This document shows, piece by piece, positions 23,025 to 33,907 of a stretch of 64,000 nucleotides of DNA. How positions within the stretch are numbered: position 1 is the first letter of the stretch; every line of letters begins with the position of its first letter. The notes under the pieces were generated by a model. It was given only the letters and a program-made list of their open reading frames with translations. It was not told where the DNA came from and made no database searches. Origin of the DNA: Azoarcus sp. (GTDB taxonomy: Bacteria > Pseudomonadota > Gammaproteobacteria > Burkholderiales > Rhodocyclaceae); contig DATGNI010000067.1 of NCBI GenBank assembly GCA_035306825.1, positions 5,736-69,735 on the forward strand, in the 5' to 3' direction. The position numbers and the translations under genes were made by a program.

Positions 23025-24833
23025 ATGATTCCCAAGGCATTCATCCAGGATCTGCTGGTTCGCGTCGATATCATCGACATCCTGTCGCCGCATCTGACAC
23101 TGAAGAAAAGCGGGGCGAACTACTTCGCCTGCTGTCCCTTCCATGGCGAGAAAACTCCTTCGTTCTCGGTCAGCCCATCGAAGCAGTTTTATCATTGTTT
23201 CGGTTGCGGCGTGCACGGCAACGCACTGGATTTTCTGATCGAACTCAACGGTCTGACCTTCGTTGAGGCCGTCCATGAACTCGCCCGCCAGGTCGGCCTG
23301 GACGTTCCCCGCGAACATTCTGCCGCCGGCTATACTCCGCGCCGCACAGACAGCCACGATTCGTTGTATGCAACGATGGAAAAGACTGCGCAGTTCTACC
23401 GCGAGCAACTCAAGGCCTCACCGCAGGCGATTGATTATCTCAAACGTCGTGGCCTCACCGGCGAGATCACCGCGCGGTTCGGGATTGGCTTCGCCCCGCC
23501 GGGCTGGCAGGGGCTCGCCAACGTGTTTCCGGATTACAAGACCAAGAGCCTGCTGGATGCAGGCCTGGTCATCGACAACGAGCAGGGACGCCGTTACGAC
23601 CGGTTCCGCGAACGCATCATGTTTCCGATTCTCGATCGGCGCGGGCGCGTCATCGCCTTCGGCGGGCGCGTGCTGGACGGCGGCGAACCGAAATATCTGA
23701 ACTCGCCTGAAACTCCGCTTTTCGAGAAAGGGCGCGAACTTTACGGCCTGCATCAGGCGATGCAACCGATCCGCGAGGAAGGCTTCGCGCTACTCGTTGA
23801 AGGTTACATGGATGTCGTCGCCCTGGCCCAGTTCGGCATTGGCAATGCGGTCGCAACTCTTGGCACCTCGACCACCCCGCATCACATCTCTGCACTGATG
23901 CGGCACACGGAGCGCATCGTGTTTTGTTTCGACGGCGATGCTGCCGGCCGCAAAGCCGCTCGACGAGCGCTCGAGAACGCACTCGAAACCTTGCGCGATG
24001 ACGTTACCCTGGCCTTTCTGTTCCTGCCGGCCGAACATGACCCGGATTCTTTCGTCCGCGCCGAAGGCGCCGAAGCGCTCCGCACCGCCGCACACAATGC
24101 AGCGCCGCTGACGCAGTTCCTCGTGCAGTCACTTGCGGAAGACTGCCCGCTGGAGACGCCGGAAGGTCGCGCTCATTTCGTGCACAACGCACGACCCTTG
24201 GTGAGCCGCATCGCCGCACCGCTTCTTCGTCTGCAACTTCTCAAGGAAATTGCGGAAAACGGAGGCCTGACACAGCATGAACTCGAGCAGGCATGGGAAC
24301 TTTCCACGCCTCGTCCGGTCTATCAGGACAAGTCCCGTTCATTCGGGCGCCGACAGGGGGCTCGACCATCATTACCCATTTCCACCCGCCGTCGCGCCCC
24401 GACCGGGCCCAGTGTGATGTTGCTACGCATCGTGCTGCAGCAACCCGAGCGTATTCGTCAAGTGCCGCCCGATCTTCTTCCGGACGATGACGAAGCCGGC
24501 CTCGCGTTGCTGGCCTTGGCCGATGCCGTCGCGCTCGGCGAACCGCTACCCAGTGGTGGCATTGCCGCAATGCTGGAATTTTTCCGTGACAGCCAGCATC
24601 ACCGCATCGCATCGTCCACAGCGGCCGAACTGGTCAACAGTGACAACGATGAGCCCGTGATCGAAGAGCTTTTTGAAGACACCCTTCAAAAACTCGCCGA
24701 GCAACAGCTCGATCGCGAAATCCTCGCCCTCACCGCACGTGAGCGCGATGCAAAACTGTCAGAAACGGAACGACGGCACCTCGCAGGGCTGATCTCAGAG
24801 AAGCACCGACTGCGCAGTGCCGGCAGAATTTAA
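23025..24833 (+). CDS. dnaG: DNA primase
   Basis: CPFHGEKTPSF, YHCFGC, KYLNSPET, VEGYMDV, FDGDAAG, HDPD. Confidence 0.97.
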   Translation: MIPKAFIQDLLVRVDIIDILSPHLTLKKSGANYFACCPFHGEKTPSFSVSPSKQFYHCFGCGVHGNALDFLIELNGLTFVEAVHELARQVGLDVPREHSAAGYTPRRTDSHDSLYATMEKTAQFYREQLKASPQAIDYLKRRGLTGEITARFGIGFAPPGWQGLANVFPDYKTKSLLDAGLVIDNEQGRRYDRFRERIMFPILDRRGRVIAFGGRVLDGGEPKYLNSPETPLFEKGRELYGLHQAMQPIREEGFALLVEGYMDVVALAQFGIGNAVATLGTSTTPHHISALMRHTERIVFCFDGDAAGRKAARRALENALETLRDDVTLAFLFLPAEHDPDSFVRAEGAEALRTAAHNAAPLTQFLVQSLAEDCPLETPEGRAHFVHNARPLVSRIAAPLLRLQLLKEIAENGGLTQHELEQAWELSTPRPVYQDKSRSFGRRQGARPSLPISTRRRAPTGPSVMLLRIVLQQPERIRQVPPDLLPDDDEAGLALLALADAVALGEPLPSGGIAAMLEFFRDSQHHRIASSTAAELVNSDNDEPVIEELFEDTLQKLAEQQLDREILALTARERDAKLSETERRHLAGLISEKHRLRSAGRI

Positions 24834-24890
24834 AATCTGTCCTATAATTAACGGTTTTACCGAACCATTTAACTCGATTCAAGGAGTGCC

Positions 24891-26912
24891 ATGGCACGCG
24901 AAAATACTGCCAAGGGTGCACAAGCCGCCAAGACTGTGCGCAAAACCAGTGCTCCGGCGCGTACCCCCCGGAGCAGGAAAAAGACCGACAAGGCGCTCGA
25001 GAGCAACAACACGGCAACCCCGCTCGATCCCGAACTTCGTCGCACCCAGCTCAAGGCGCTGATCGCGCTCGGCAAGGAGCGTGGTTATCTGACCTACGCG
25101 GAAATCAGTGACCACCTTCCTGATGACGTGGCGGACGCCGAACAGATCGAAGGCATCATCGGCACCTTCAACACGATGGGCATCCAGGTCTTCGACGTGG
25201 CACCGGCCGCAGAAGATCTGTTGATGACCGACAACGTACCGTCTTCGGTTGATGAAGCCACCGCCGAAGAAGAAGCCGAACAGGCGCTCTCTTCTGTTGA
25301 CTCCGAATTCGGCCGTACGACAGACCCTGTGCGCATGTACATGCGCGAGATGGGCACCGTCGAACTGCTCACCCGCGAAGGCGAAATCGAAATCGCCAAG
25401 CGCATTGAAGAAGGCCTCAAGCACATGGTGCTGGCGATTTCCGCCAGCCCGAGCACGGTCGTCGAAATGCTTGACACTGCTGAACGTCTCGAGCAGGACG
25501 AAATACGCATCGTGGATTTCGTTGAAGGTCTTGTCGAGCCGGATACCGGCGAGGACGTGCCGATCCAGATCGAGGACGACGCCGAGGACACGGACATTTC
25601 ACTCGACGCGGACGACGCCAATGAGTCGGATGATGCCGACGAAGAGGAAGAGACCGAAGCCGACAAGGAAGCGCGTCACACCGCGGTCCGACAGGCCAAG
25701 CTCAAGAGCGAAGTCATCGAACGTTTCGCTACCATTCGCACCCTGCACGAGCGCCAGCAGGCCATTCTTGCCGCGGGCAAAGGCAAAACCAAGGAATACG
25801 AAGAGCTGCAGAAGGAAATCTCGGAGATCCTGCTCAGCCTGCGCTTCACCGCCAAGACCATCGATCGCCTGTGCAATGCGATTCGTGAAGTCGTCGAACA
25901 GGTGCGTGAACATGAGCGCCGGATTCTGCGCCTGTGCGTTGACCGCGCCGGCATGCCGCGTACGCACTTCATCAAGTCCTTCCCGGGTCACGAAAGCGAC
26001 ACGGAGTGGCTGAAAAACGAGATCGCCTCCTCCAAGGGCTATACCGAAGGCCTGATGCTCGTGCATCCGGCCGTACTCGAAGCGCAGGAAAAACTCGTCG
26101 AGCTGCAGGCAACCACCGGGATCTCACTCAAGGACATCAAAGACATCAACCGTCAGATGTCGACCGGCGAAGCGCGCATGCGTCGCGCCAAGCGTGAGAT
26201 GACCGAAGCCAACCTGCGCCTGGTGATTTCCATCGCCAAGAAGTACACCAACCGGGGGCTGCAATTCCTGGATCTGATCCAGGAAGGCAACATCGGTCTG
26301 ATGAAGGCGGTCGACAAGTTCGAATATCGTCGCGGCTACAAATTCTCGACCTATGCGACGTGGTGGATCCGTCAGGCCATCACCCGCTCGATCGCCGACC
26401 AGGCGCGCACCATCCGCATTCCGGTGCACATGATCGAGACCATCAACAAGATGAATCGCATCAGCCGTCAGATCCTGCAGGAAACCGGAGAAGAGCCAGA
26501 TCCGGCCACCCTCGCCGAGAAAATGGAGATGACTGAAGCGAAAATTCGCAATATCATGAAGATCTCCAAGGAACCGATCTCCATGGAAACGCCGATCGGC
26601 GATGATGACGACTCACATCTGGGCGACTTCATCGAAGACCAGAACACCCTCGCTCCTGCCGAAGCGGCAATGGTCGCGAGTCTGCGGGAAGCCACCGGCG
26701 ATGTGCTGAGTTCGCTTACGATTCGCGAAGCCAAGGTGTTGCGCATGCGTTTCGGCATCGAAATGAATACCGACCACACCCTTGAGGAAGTCGGCAAGCA
26801 ATTCGACGTCACGCGCGAACGCATTCGCCAGATCGAAGCCAAGGCGCTGCGCAAGCTGCGTCACCCGAGCCGTTCCGAGCGACTGCGAAGCTTCCTCGAC
26901 AGCGACAGCTGA
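24891..26912 (+). CDS. rpoD: RNA polymerase sigma-70 factor
   Basis: Region 1.1, [40 protein letters not shown], region 4 HTH. Confidence 0.98.
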   Translation: MARENTAKGAQAAKTVRKTSAPARTPRSRKKTDKALESNNTATPLDPELRRTQLKALIALGKERGYLTYAEISDHLPDDVADAEQIEGIIGTFNTMGIQVFDVAPAAEDLLMTDNVPSSVDEATAEEEAEQALSSVDSEFGRTTDPVRMYMREMGTVELLTREGEIEIAKRIEEGLKHMVLAISASPSTVVEMLDTAERLEQDEIRIVDFVEGLVEPDTGEDVPIQIEDDAEDTDISLDADDANESDDADEEEETEADKEARHTAVRQAKLKSEVIERFATIRTLHERQQAILAAGKGKTKEYEELQKEISEILLSLRFTAKTIDRLCNAIREVVEQVREHERRILRLCVDRAGMPRTHFIKSFPGHESDTEWLKNEIASSKGYTEGLMLVHPAVLEAQEKLVELQATTGISLKDIKDINRQMSTGEARMRRAKREMTEANLRLVISIAKKYTNRGLQFLDLIQEGNIGLMKAVDKFEYRRGYKFSTYATWWIRQAITRSIADQARTIRIPVHMIETINKMNRISRQILQETGEEPDPATLAEKMEMTEAKIRNIMKISKEPISMETPIGDDDDSHLGDFIEDQNTLAPAEAAMVASLREATGDVLSSLTIREAKVLRMRFGIEMNTDHTLEEVGKQFDVTRERIRQIEAKALRKLRHPSRSERLRSFLDSDS

Positions 26913-26921
26913 TCCGCTCCT

Positions 26922-26949
26922 AAACGCCGCCCTGAAGGGCGGCGTTTTT
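26922..26949 (+). terminator. Intrinsic terminator after rpoD
   Basis: AAACGCCGCCCT-ga-AGGGCGGCGTTTTT. Confidence 0.75.
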
Positions 26950-26961
26950 AACCGTAACACC

Positions 26962-27038
26962 GGGCCTATAGCTCAGTTGGTCAGAGCAGTCGACTCATAA
27001 TCGATTGGTCGCAGGTTCAAGTCCTGCTGGGCCCACCA
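26962..27038 (+). tRNA. tRNA-Ile2 (anticodon CAT, lysidine-modified; simple scanners may call it Met)
   Basis: GGGCCTATAGCTCAGTTGGTCAGAGCAGTCGACT-CAT-AATCGATTGGTCGCAGGTTCAAGTCCTGCTGGGCCCACCA; 77 nt cloverleaf, encoded CCA, classic position after rpoD. Confidence 0.92.
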
Positions 27039-27048
27039 GCGCATTCCG

Positions 27049-27087
27049 ACACCCGACTGGCCTTTCCGGCTACTCGGGTGTTTTTTT
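27049..27087 (+). terminator. Terminator after the tRNA
   Basis: ACACCCGA...TCGGGTGT followed by a T run. Confidence 0.7.
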
Positions 27088-27173
27088 CAAGACGTACGCT
27101 GTAAGGAATACGTAACCTCTTTCGCCAATAATCACTTCGTCTGTCAATAATAAGTATCGAGAGGCGGTGAACA

Positions 27174-27347
27174 ATGTCCATTTACCGGGATAATCTGGAA
27201 AATTCCTTCAGCCACACAGAAGAAATTGACATTGGCTACGTTGCCGAGCTTCCGGCGCATTTTTCCTCATCAAACGTGCGCGAACTGTTCGGCTTGCGTG
27301 AAGGTGAAACTGTTGCAGAAGCTATTGCCCGTCATTGGATCGATTAA
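27174..27347 (+). CDS. Small hypothetical protein (57 aa)
   Basis: SD-like GAGAGG/GAGGCGG, then MSIYRDNLENSFSHTEEIDIGYVAELPAHFSSSNVRELFGLREGETVAEAIARHWID*. Fills the gap between two terminators; shorter than any ORF in the track. Confidence 0.62.
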   Translation: MSIYRDNLENSFSHTEEIDIGYVAELPAHFSSSNVRELFGLREGETVAEAIARHWID

Positions 27348-27369
27348 TTCAGCATCCCCGGCACGCAAT

Positions 27370-27406
27370 AAAAAACCGCCAGATCCTGACAGACTGACGG
27401 TTTTTT
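27370..27406. terminator. Probable bidirectional terminator between the small ORF and gloA
   Basis: AAAAAACCGCCAG...CTGACGGTTTTTT. Confidence 0.75.
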
Positions 27407-27426
27407 CTTTGCGAAGAGAATGAGCG

Positions 27427-27843
27427 TCAATTCAGGCCGCGACCAGCCTGCGCATCGTCCTGACGTTCGATCAATTCAATCTTATAGCCGTCTGGATCCG
27501 TGATAAAAGCGATCACTGTCGTGCCGCCCTTGACCGGGCCCGGCTCACGCGTGATTTTTCCGCCCGCTGCGCGTATTCGGTCGCAGGCGGCGTAAATATC
27601 TTCCACCCCCAATGCGATGTGGCCATACGCCGTGCCCATCTCGTATTCGCTTTCGCCCCAGTTGTACGTCAGCTCGATCTCGGCCTGCTCGGGGTTCCCA
27701 TTGCCGAAGCCGAGGAACGCCAAAGAGTACTTGTATTCCGGATTCTCCGACGTACGCAGCAGGTTCATGCCCAGCACCTGGGTATAGAACTCAACCGAAC
27801 GATCAAGATCTCCCACACGCAACATCGTATGCAGTAGTCGCAT
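27427..27843 (-). CDS. gloA: Lactoylglutathione lyase (glyoxalase I)
   Basis: [35 protein letters not shown]. Confidence 0.96.
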   Translation of the reverse strand: MRLLHTMLRVGDLDRSVEFYTQVLGMNLLRTSENPEYKYSLAFLGFGNGNPEQAEIELTYNWGESEYEMGTAYGHIALGVEDIYAACDRIRAAGGKITREPGPVKGGTTVIAFITDPDGYKIELIERQDDAQAGRGLN

Positions 27844-27854
27844 CGTTTTTTCTC

Positions 27855-28607
27855 CTATTGGTCAGCCGGCGCAAAGGCATCGCGCGCATCAATCGCGGGC
27901 AGTAAGACAGCCGCTTCGGCGAGCGCGCGGCGTGCTTCGCGCCAGTCAGGGTAAAGCGTTTCGACAATGCGCCAGAAGCGCGGTGAATGGTTCATTTCAA
28001 CAAGGTGGGCCACTTCGTGCGCGATTACATAATCTGCCAGCTCCGGCTTCAGATGTACCAGCCGCCAATGCAGACGGATGCCGCTGTTCAGACTGCAACT
28101 GCCCCAACGCGTTCGTGCAGACGTCAGTTTCAACGGCGGCACGGCGACGCCAAGCTGGGAGCAGAAAAAAATCAGCCGCGGCTCAAACCGCTCCAGCGCC
28201 CGCTGCTTCAGAGCGCGCAACAACGCGGATCTCGCATCGGCCTTCGCGGGAACATGAAGCGCCTCACTGCCATCTTCTTCGCGTAGCCACATGCTGCGGC
28301 CAGCGCCTTCGCGGATGACCAGACGCGCGGGCTCTCCGGCCAATGCAAAGCGCGCCCCATCGAACGCTTCGAAGCGTTGCTTCGCGGCGGCCTGCTGTCG
28401 CACTTCAAGCTTACGTTCGAGCCAGCTGCGTTGCGAATCGACAAAACGCCTGATTTCGCCCCACGCCAGATCGAACGGCGCAGACACCGTTACGCCGTCA
28501 CGATCGACGCGTAACGCAAGGCTGCGTCGTCGGGAAGAACGCCGCAAGCGCACCTCTACCCGGTGCGTATCGAGCTCGACAGGAAAGGTCTCTTCGCTGC
28601 GCCGCAC
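27855..28607 (-). CDS. YgjP-like / M48-family zinc-dependent hydrolase (start uncertain)
   Basis: [28 protein letters not shown] (HExxH). Start is GTG 28607 or 28637. Confidence 0.85.
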   Translation of the reverse strand: MRRSEETFPVELDTHRVEVRLRRSSRRRSLALRVDRDGVTVSAPFDLAWGEIRRFVDSQRSWLERKLEVRQQAAAKQRFEAFDGARFALAGEPARLVIREGAGRSMWLREEDGSEALHVPAKADARSALLRALKQRALERFEPRLIFFCSQLGVAVPPLKLTSARTRWGSCSLNSGIRLHWRLVHLKPELADYVIAHEVAHLVEMNHSPRFWRIVETLYPDWREARRALAEAAVLLPAIDARDAFAPADQ

Positions 28608-28627
28608 GATGCGCCTGCCGCCGAAGA

Positions 28628-29377
28628 TCACGCACACTCCCGCCAGGGAAAACCACGCGCGGCAACTTCATCACGGATTTCGGTCATTGCCGCCTCAACG
28701 CGCGCAGCCGGCCCTTTCATGCCAAGCTCGATTGTGCGGGGCTGTTCTTTTCCCCCTACGCTCGGGAGGCTGAACAGCACGCAATCCGGATAGGCCTGTG
28801 TCAGTCGTTCCATCAGGTCAATCAAGCCACTTTCGCTGGCCTCCGCCACCACGATCGCTTTTTCGATGTAATCCCGCTGATGGTGCAGATGCGGATACAC
28901 CGTATCCAGCACCCATTCGGTCATCGGCCATGCCATTGCTGGAAAGCCCGGCATGAAATAATGCTCACGAATCGAAAAGCCGGGGATGCCATTGAAGGCG
29001 TTGGGCACAATGTCGCTGCCTTGTGGAAACATTCCCATCTGCAAGCGATGCGCATTGACCTGATCACCGAAGCGCGCGCGAATGGCCGTTTCGGCCGCCG
29101 GGTGCAATTCCAGCGGCAGCTTCAAGGCGGCGGCTGCACTCTGACGGGTACGATCGTCAGGGGTCGCACCAATGCCGCCAAAGCTGAACACCGTATCGCC
29201 CGAAGAAAAACTGTCACGCAGCACCGCTTCAAGCTGTGCAGCCTCATCTCCCACGAAACGCGCCCACCCTAACTGCATGCCTCGTTCTGAAAGCAGTGCA
29301 ATCATTTTTTCGAGGTGTTTGTCGACACGTCTTCCGGAAAGAATTTCATCACCGATGATCAGGGCTCCGAACGCCAT
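28628..29377 (-). CDS. CinA-like molybdopterin-binding domain protein
   Basis: IIGDEILSGR, FGGIGATPDDRT, MPGFP. Confidence 0.88.
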   Translation of the reverse strand: MAFGALIIGDEILSGRRVDKHLEKMIALLSERGMQLGWARFVGDEAAQLEAVLRDSFSSGDTVFSFGGIGATPDDRTRQSAAAALKLPLELHPAAETAIRARFGDQVNAHRLQMGMFPQGSDIVPNAFNGIPGFSIREHYFMPGFPAMAWPMTEWVLDTVYPHLHHQRDYIEKAIVVAEASESGLIDLMERLTQAYPDCVLFSLPSVGGKEQPRTIELGMKGPAARVEAAMTEIRDEVAARGFPWRECA

Positions 29378-29397
29378 ACAGTCCTCCGAGAAATGAC

Positions 29398-30126
29398 TCA
29401 AACGTTCGCCGCGCGTTCTTGCGCAAGCGAGCGGAGCATGTAGTGCACGAAGGCCAGCGCACTAAAAGGCGGCGCAACGAGATGGACCAACGGGATATGG
29501 GCGAGCAAGGCGCAGGCCGCACCGAGCAGCAGCATCGGTTCGCGACGACTCTTCGGCAGGTGTTGCAACTCCGCGCGATCAGCATGTTGCATCAGGGAAT
29601 CATAGCCAAAGGCGCGCGCGTTAAGCCAGGCGGTGAGTACAATCGAAACCAGCAGGCCGACGCCCGGAATCAGCCACAGCGGCAGGCTTGCAATCAACAA
29701 GACAAGAAATATCACGCTCACCCAAAGGGTATTGAAGAGACTGCCAAGATTCGAGCCGCCTTTGCGCTGCTCGAGCTCGGGGTATTCCTCGCGCGCGACC
29801 CGATCGATCATCATCGGCAGCGCAAACAGCGCAACGAGCAGCGTTGTGGTCAGATAGATCAACGGGATCAACGCAATAACAATCGCGATTTTCACCAGCA
29901 CCAACGCGATGCCCCAGGCAACGTCCGAGGCGCGCACCCATTCGCCCGCCCAAGGCCAGCTTTCGATCCACGCCATGGCCGAGCCCGTCAGCACCGACCA
30001 TGACCAGATCCCCCCCACCGTCCACAGCACAAACGCAAACAGCATCGGCCAGACCATGTGCCACACCATGCCCGGCGCGCGCAGGCTCACCAAAGCCCGG
30101 CCAAAAGCGCTGACAATCTCGCTCAT
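29398..30126 (-). CDS. EI24/CysZ-like membrane protein
   Basis: Several hydrophobic helices, YPELEQRKGG, PLWLIP, AFGYDSL pattern. Confidence 0.75.
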   Translation of the reverse strand: MSEIVSAFGRALVSLRAPGMVWHMVWPMLFAFVLWTVGGIWSWSVLTGSAMAWIESWPWAGEWVRASDVAWGIALVLVKIAIVIALIPLIYLTTTLLVALFALPMMIDRVAREEYPELEQRKGGSNLGSLFNTLWVSVIFLVLLIASLPLWLIPGVGLLVSIVLTAWLNARAFGYDSLMQHADRAELQHLPKSRREPMLLLGAACALLAHIPLVHLVAPPFSALAFVHYMLRSLAQERAANV

Positions 30127-30133
30127 ACGCGTT

Positions 30134-31488
30134 TCAAGGCATCATTCCGGGCAGCATGCCTTTCATACCCCGCATCATTTTCTGCATGCCACCTTTGGAG
30201 AGTTGCTTCATCATTTTCTGCGTTTGCTCAAACTGCTTGAGCAAGCGATTGACCTCTTGCACCGGCACGCCGGCGCCCGCCGCAATGCGACGTTTGCGAC
30301 TGGCCTTGAGCAAATCGGGTTTTTTCCGTTCGAGCGGCGTCATCGAATTGATTATGCCTTCGATCCGTGCGATCGATTTATCCTCGGTGCCTTGCAGCTG
30401 ACCAGCGGCCGAAGCGAACTGCGCCGGCAGCTTATCCATCAACGCTGACATGCCGCCCATGCTGCGCATCTGGACAATCTGAGCCTTGAAGTCTTCAAGG
30501 TCGAAGCCTTTTCCAGACTTGAGTTTTTTTGCCAGTTGCTGGGCTTTTTCCTCGTCCACGCCACGACGCGCCTCTTCGACGAGGCCCATGATGTCGCCCA
30601 TGCCGAGGATTCGGTCGGCCATCCGTTGGGGATGAAATTCTTCGAAGCCGGTGAGCTTCTCGCCCACGCCCGCAAATTTGAGCGGTTTGCCGGTGACATG
30701 ACGCACCGACAACGCCGCGCCGCCGCGTGAATCGCCATCAAGCTTGGTCAGCACCACACCGTGAGCGGCAGCGCCTCGCTGAAAGCCCGTGCCGTATTGA
30801 CCGCGTCCTGCCCCAACATGGCATCGACGACAAACAGCGTCTCAACCGGCTTGACCGCGGCGTGCAGCGCCTGGATCTCGGCCATCATCGCTTCATCCAC
30901 CGCCAGCCGACCTGCCGTATCGAGCAGCACCACGTCGTAATAATGACGTTTCGCGTGATCCAGCGCGCCGAGCGCAATGTCGACCGGCTTTTGATCGGGG
31001 GAGGACGGGAAGAAGTCGACCTCAGCCTGTTCAGCCACCGTTTTCAGCTGCTCGATCGCCGCCGGACGATAGACGTCGGCAGAAACCACCAACACCTTTT
31101 TCTTCTGGCGTTCGGCCAGCAGTTTGCCAAGCTTGCCGGTTGTGGTGGTTTTACCCGCCCCCTGCAAACCGGCCATCAACACCACGGCGGGCGGCTGAGT
31201 GGCAAAATCGATACCGACATGGCTGCCGCCCATCAGCTCGACCAGTTCATCATGCACTACGCCGACCAACGCCTGGCCGGGCGTGAGCGAGCCGACAACT
31301 TCCTGTCCGACGGCTTTTTCGCGCACTTTGGCAATGAACGCTTTGACGACGGGCAGCGCCACGTCGGCCTCGAGCAGTGCCATGCGCACTTCACGCATGG
31401 CATCTTGGATGTTGTCTTCGGACAGGCGCGCTTGACCGCGCAAGTTCTTGACAACACGCGACAGACGATTAGTCAGGTTATCCAGCAT
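30134..31488 (-). CDS. ffh: Signal recognition particle protein Ffh, split by an apparent 1-bp deletion near 30760
   Basis: GLQGAGKTTT and DTAGR lie in ORF 30748..31590; TKLDGDSRGG and the M domain lie in ORF 30134..30757. Restoring one base gives LPLTGVVLTK and 451 aa. Confidence 0.93.
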
Positions 31489-31630
31489 GAATCTAGTACT
31501 CCGCAACGGGCGGGGGAGTCGGGAAACTGGCAAAATTCCAATGCCACGCGCCAGCAAAATCGCGTCTTCACCGGTACAGGTGACGAACACGCGTGATTGT
31601 GAGCACGCCCTAGAGTAAACTCAACCCGAA

Positions 31631-32449
31631 ATGGCCCACATTCTACTGCATCTCATCGCTGCATCGCTCTACGCCGGCCTCGCCCTGTGGCTGCGCCGCA
31701 CCCTGCCGGACAACCGCGCGCCGCGCACCATCGGCATGCTTGAGCGCAGTGTGTTGCTGATCGCCCTGATCACTCACGGTCTGGCGCTGTACACGGCGAT
31801 GTTTGCCGGCGGTGGCATCCAGTTCGGTTTCGGCTCGGCGGTGTCGATGATGGTGTGGTTGGCGATTTGTTTTTATTGGATCGAAACCTTTTATGCCGCG
31901 CTGCACGGCCTGCACGCACTGGCCCTGCCCGCCGGAGTCATCGCCACCCTGCTTTCGCTGGTTTTCCCCGGCCAGCACGAACTGATTAACGTCGGCTCGG
32001 TCGCCTTTCGCGCCCATTTCATCGTTTCCATGCTGGCCTACAGCCTGTTCACATTGGCGGTCTTGCACGCGATGCTGATGACCGTGGCCGAACGTCAACT
32101 GCATAGTGGCCGGATCAGCCGCGCAATCGCCCAATTGCCGCCATTGATGACAATGGAGGCCTTGCTGTTTCGTCTGATCGGCATTGCCTTCATTTTGCTG
32201 ACGCTGGCGCTCGGCTCTGGCGTCCTGTTTTCCGAAGAGCTTTTCGGGGAGCCCTTCCGCGCCAACCACAAAACCGTGTTCGCCAGCGCTTCCTGGTTGC
32301 TGTTTGGTGCGCTGCTGTTCGGTCGGAGTGTCTGGGGCTGGCGCGGCCGGGTCGCGCTGCGTTGGACATTGGCCGGTTTCATTGCACTGATATTGGCCTA
32401 CTTCGGCAGCCGGTTCGTGCTCGAAGTCCTTCTCCAGCGCGTTGCTTGA
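31631..32449 (+). CDS. YpjD / cytochrome c assembly (CcsA-like) inner membrane protein
   Basis: About 8 hydrophobic segments, LPPLMTME, HKTVF, WGWRGR, AYFGSRFVLE; divergent from ffh. Confidence 0.88.
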   Translation: MAHILLHLIAASLYAGLALWLRRTLPDNRAPRTIGMLERSVLLIALITHGLALYTAMFAGGGIQFGFGSAVSMMVWLAICFYWIETFYAALHGLHALALPAGVIATLLSLVFPGQHELINVGSVAFRAHFIVSMLAYSLFTLAVLHAMLMTVAERQLHSGRISRAIAQLPPLMTMEALLFRLIGIAFILLTLALGSGVLFSEELFGEPFRANHKTVFASASWLLFGALLFGRSVWGWRGRVALRWTLAGFIALILAYFGSRFVLEVLLQRVA

Positions 32450-32506
32450 CACACGCGGGAACGCCCTCAATACTGTAAATCCGATCGTTCTGGAGCGTTC
32501 CGCTCA

Positions 32507-33805
32507 GTGCAAGACCTCTCTCTAGGCGCCCAGTTCGGGGCGCTGGCCTTTTTGCTTGTCCTCTCCGCCATGACTTCAATGACCGAAACGGTCATGATGG
32601 CTTGCAACCGCTACCGTCTGCGTTCCCTCGCGAGCAGCGGTCATCGCGGAGCGCGTCTTGCACGCAATTTGCTCGATCGCACGGATCGTCTTCTCGGCGT
32701 GATCCTGCTGTTCAACAACCTCATCAACATCGGCGCGGCAACGCTCGCCAGCGTCATCACGATCCAGCTGTTCGGTGAGCAAAGCTGGGCACTTGCCGCC
32801 GGCACGATCTTGCTGACCTTTCTGATCCTGGTGTTTTCCGAAATCACCCCCAAAGTGATCGGCGCACACCATGCGGACCGTCTCGCACTGATTGTCAGTT
32901 ATCCGCTGACGGCCCTATTGCGCATTTCGTATCCGGCCGTATGGTTCGTGAATCTCTTCGTCTCCGCCTTTTTGAGCGTGCTGCGCATACGTCTTGATCC
33001 GGATGAAAAATCGGCGCTCTCGCTCGAGGAACTGCGCTCGATGGTGCTCGAATCCGGCCAGTACATTCCACAGAAAAACCGCGACATCCTGCTCAATCTG
33101 TTCGATCTCGAACACATCACGGTTGAAGACGTGATGGTTCCCCGCGGCATGATCGAGAACATTGACCTGCGCCAGTCTCCCAGCCTCATCCGCCATCAAC
33201 TCGCCACCAGCTACCACACGCGCCTGCCGGTACTCGAAGGCGACAATGAGATGGTTGTCGGTGTTCTTCATCTGCGGCGCGTCGCAGCGCAGGCGCTGGA
33301 AGGAAATTTCTCGCGCGACAGCATTCGTGAACTGGTTGCACCCCCCTATTTCGTACCGGCCGACACCCACGTCTATACCCAGCTTCAGTTCTTTCAGGAA
33401 AACCGCCAACGCATGGCGCTGGTGGTGGACGAATATGGCGAGCTGCTTGGTCTGATCACCGTCGAAGACATCGTCGAGGAATTGATTGGAAAATTCACGA
33501 CCAGCCAACCTGAAGCGCGCGCGCACATCGCGTGGAACAAAGACGGTTGGGTGCTCGTGGATGGCAGCCAGAATCTGCGTGAACTCAACCGCCAGCTCGA
33601 TCTGGATTTGCCTACGGACGGGCCCAAAACGCTCAATGGCCTGCTGCTCGAACACCTCGAAACGATCCCCGACGCTGATCTTTCCGTCCGCATCAACGAT
33701 ATTCCGATCGAAGTCATCAACGCCGAAGACAAAATGATCCGGCTCGCCCGCATTTACCGGCCCAAGCTCGCATCCGACACTTCGGCGCAGACACACGCAG
33801 CGTAA
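32507..33805 (+). CDS. HlyC/CorC (CNNM) family transporter, YfjD-like
   Basis: DUF21 region (FSEITPK), CBS pair (VDEYGELLGLITVEDIVEE), CorC domain (GPKTLNGL). Confidence 0.9.
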   Translation: MQDLSLGAQFGALAFLLVLSAMTSMTETVMMACNRYRLRSLASSGHRGARLARNLLDRTDRLLGVILLFNNLINIGAATLASVITIQLFGEQSWALAAGTILLTFLILVFSEITPKVIGAHHADRLALIVSYPLTALLRISYPAVWFVNLFVSAFLSVLRIRLDPDEKSALSLEELRSMVLESGQYIPQKNRDILLNLFDLEHITVEDVMVPRGMIENIDLRQSPSLIRHQLATSYHTRLPVLEGDNEMVVGVLHLRRVAAQALEGNFSRDSIRELVAPPYFVPADTHVYTQLQFFQENRQRMALVVDEYGELLGLITVEDIVEELIGKFTTSQPEARAHIAWNKDGWVLVDGSQNLRELNRQLDLDLPTDGPKTLNGLLLEHLETIPDADLSVRINDIPIEVINAEDKMIRLARIYRPKLASDTSAQTHAA

Positions 33806-33907
33806 GCGCCACACTCGCGCGTTAAATTACGCACACACTTCGTTACGTCTCTTTACAAATCCATAGAAAGCTGGGCAAGATCAAGTAACTTCTCTTTCCT
33901 GGCGCAT

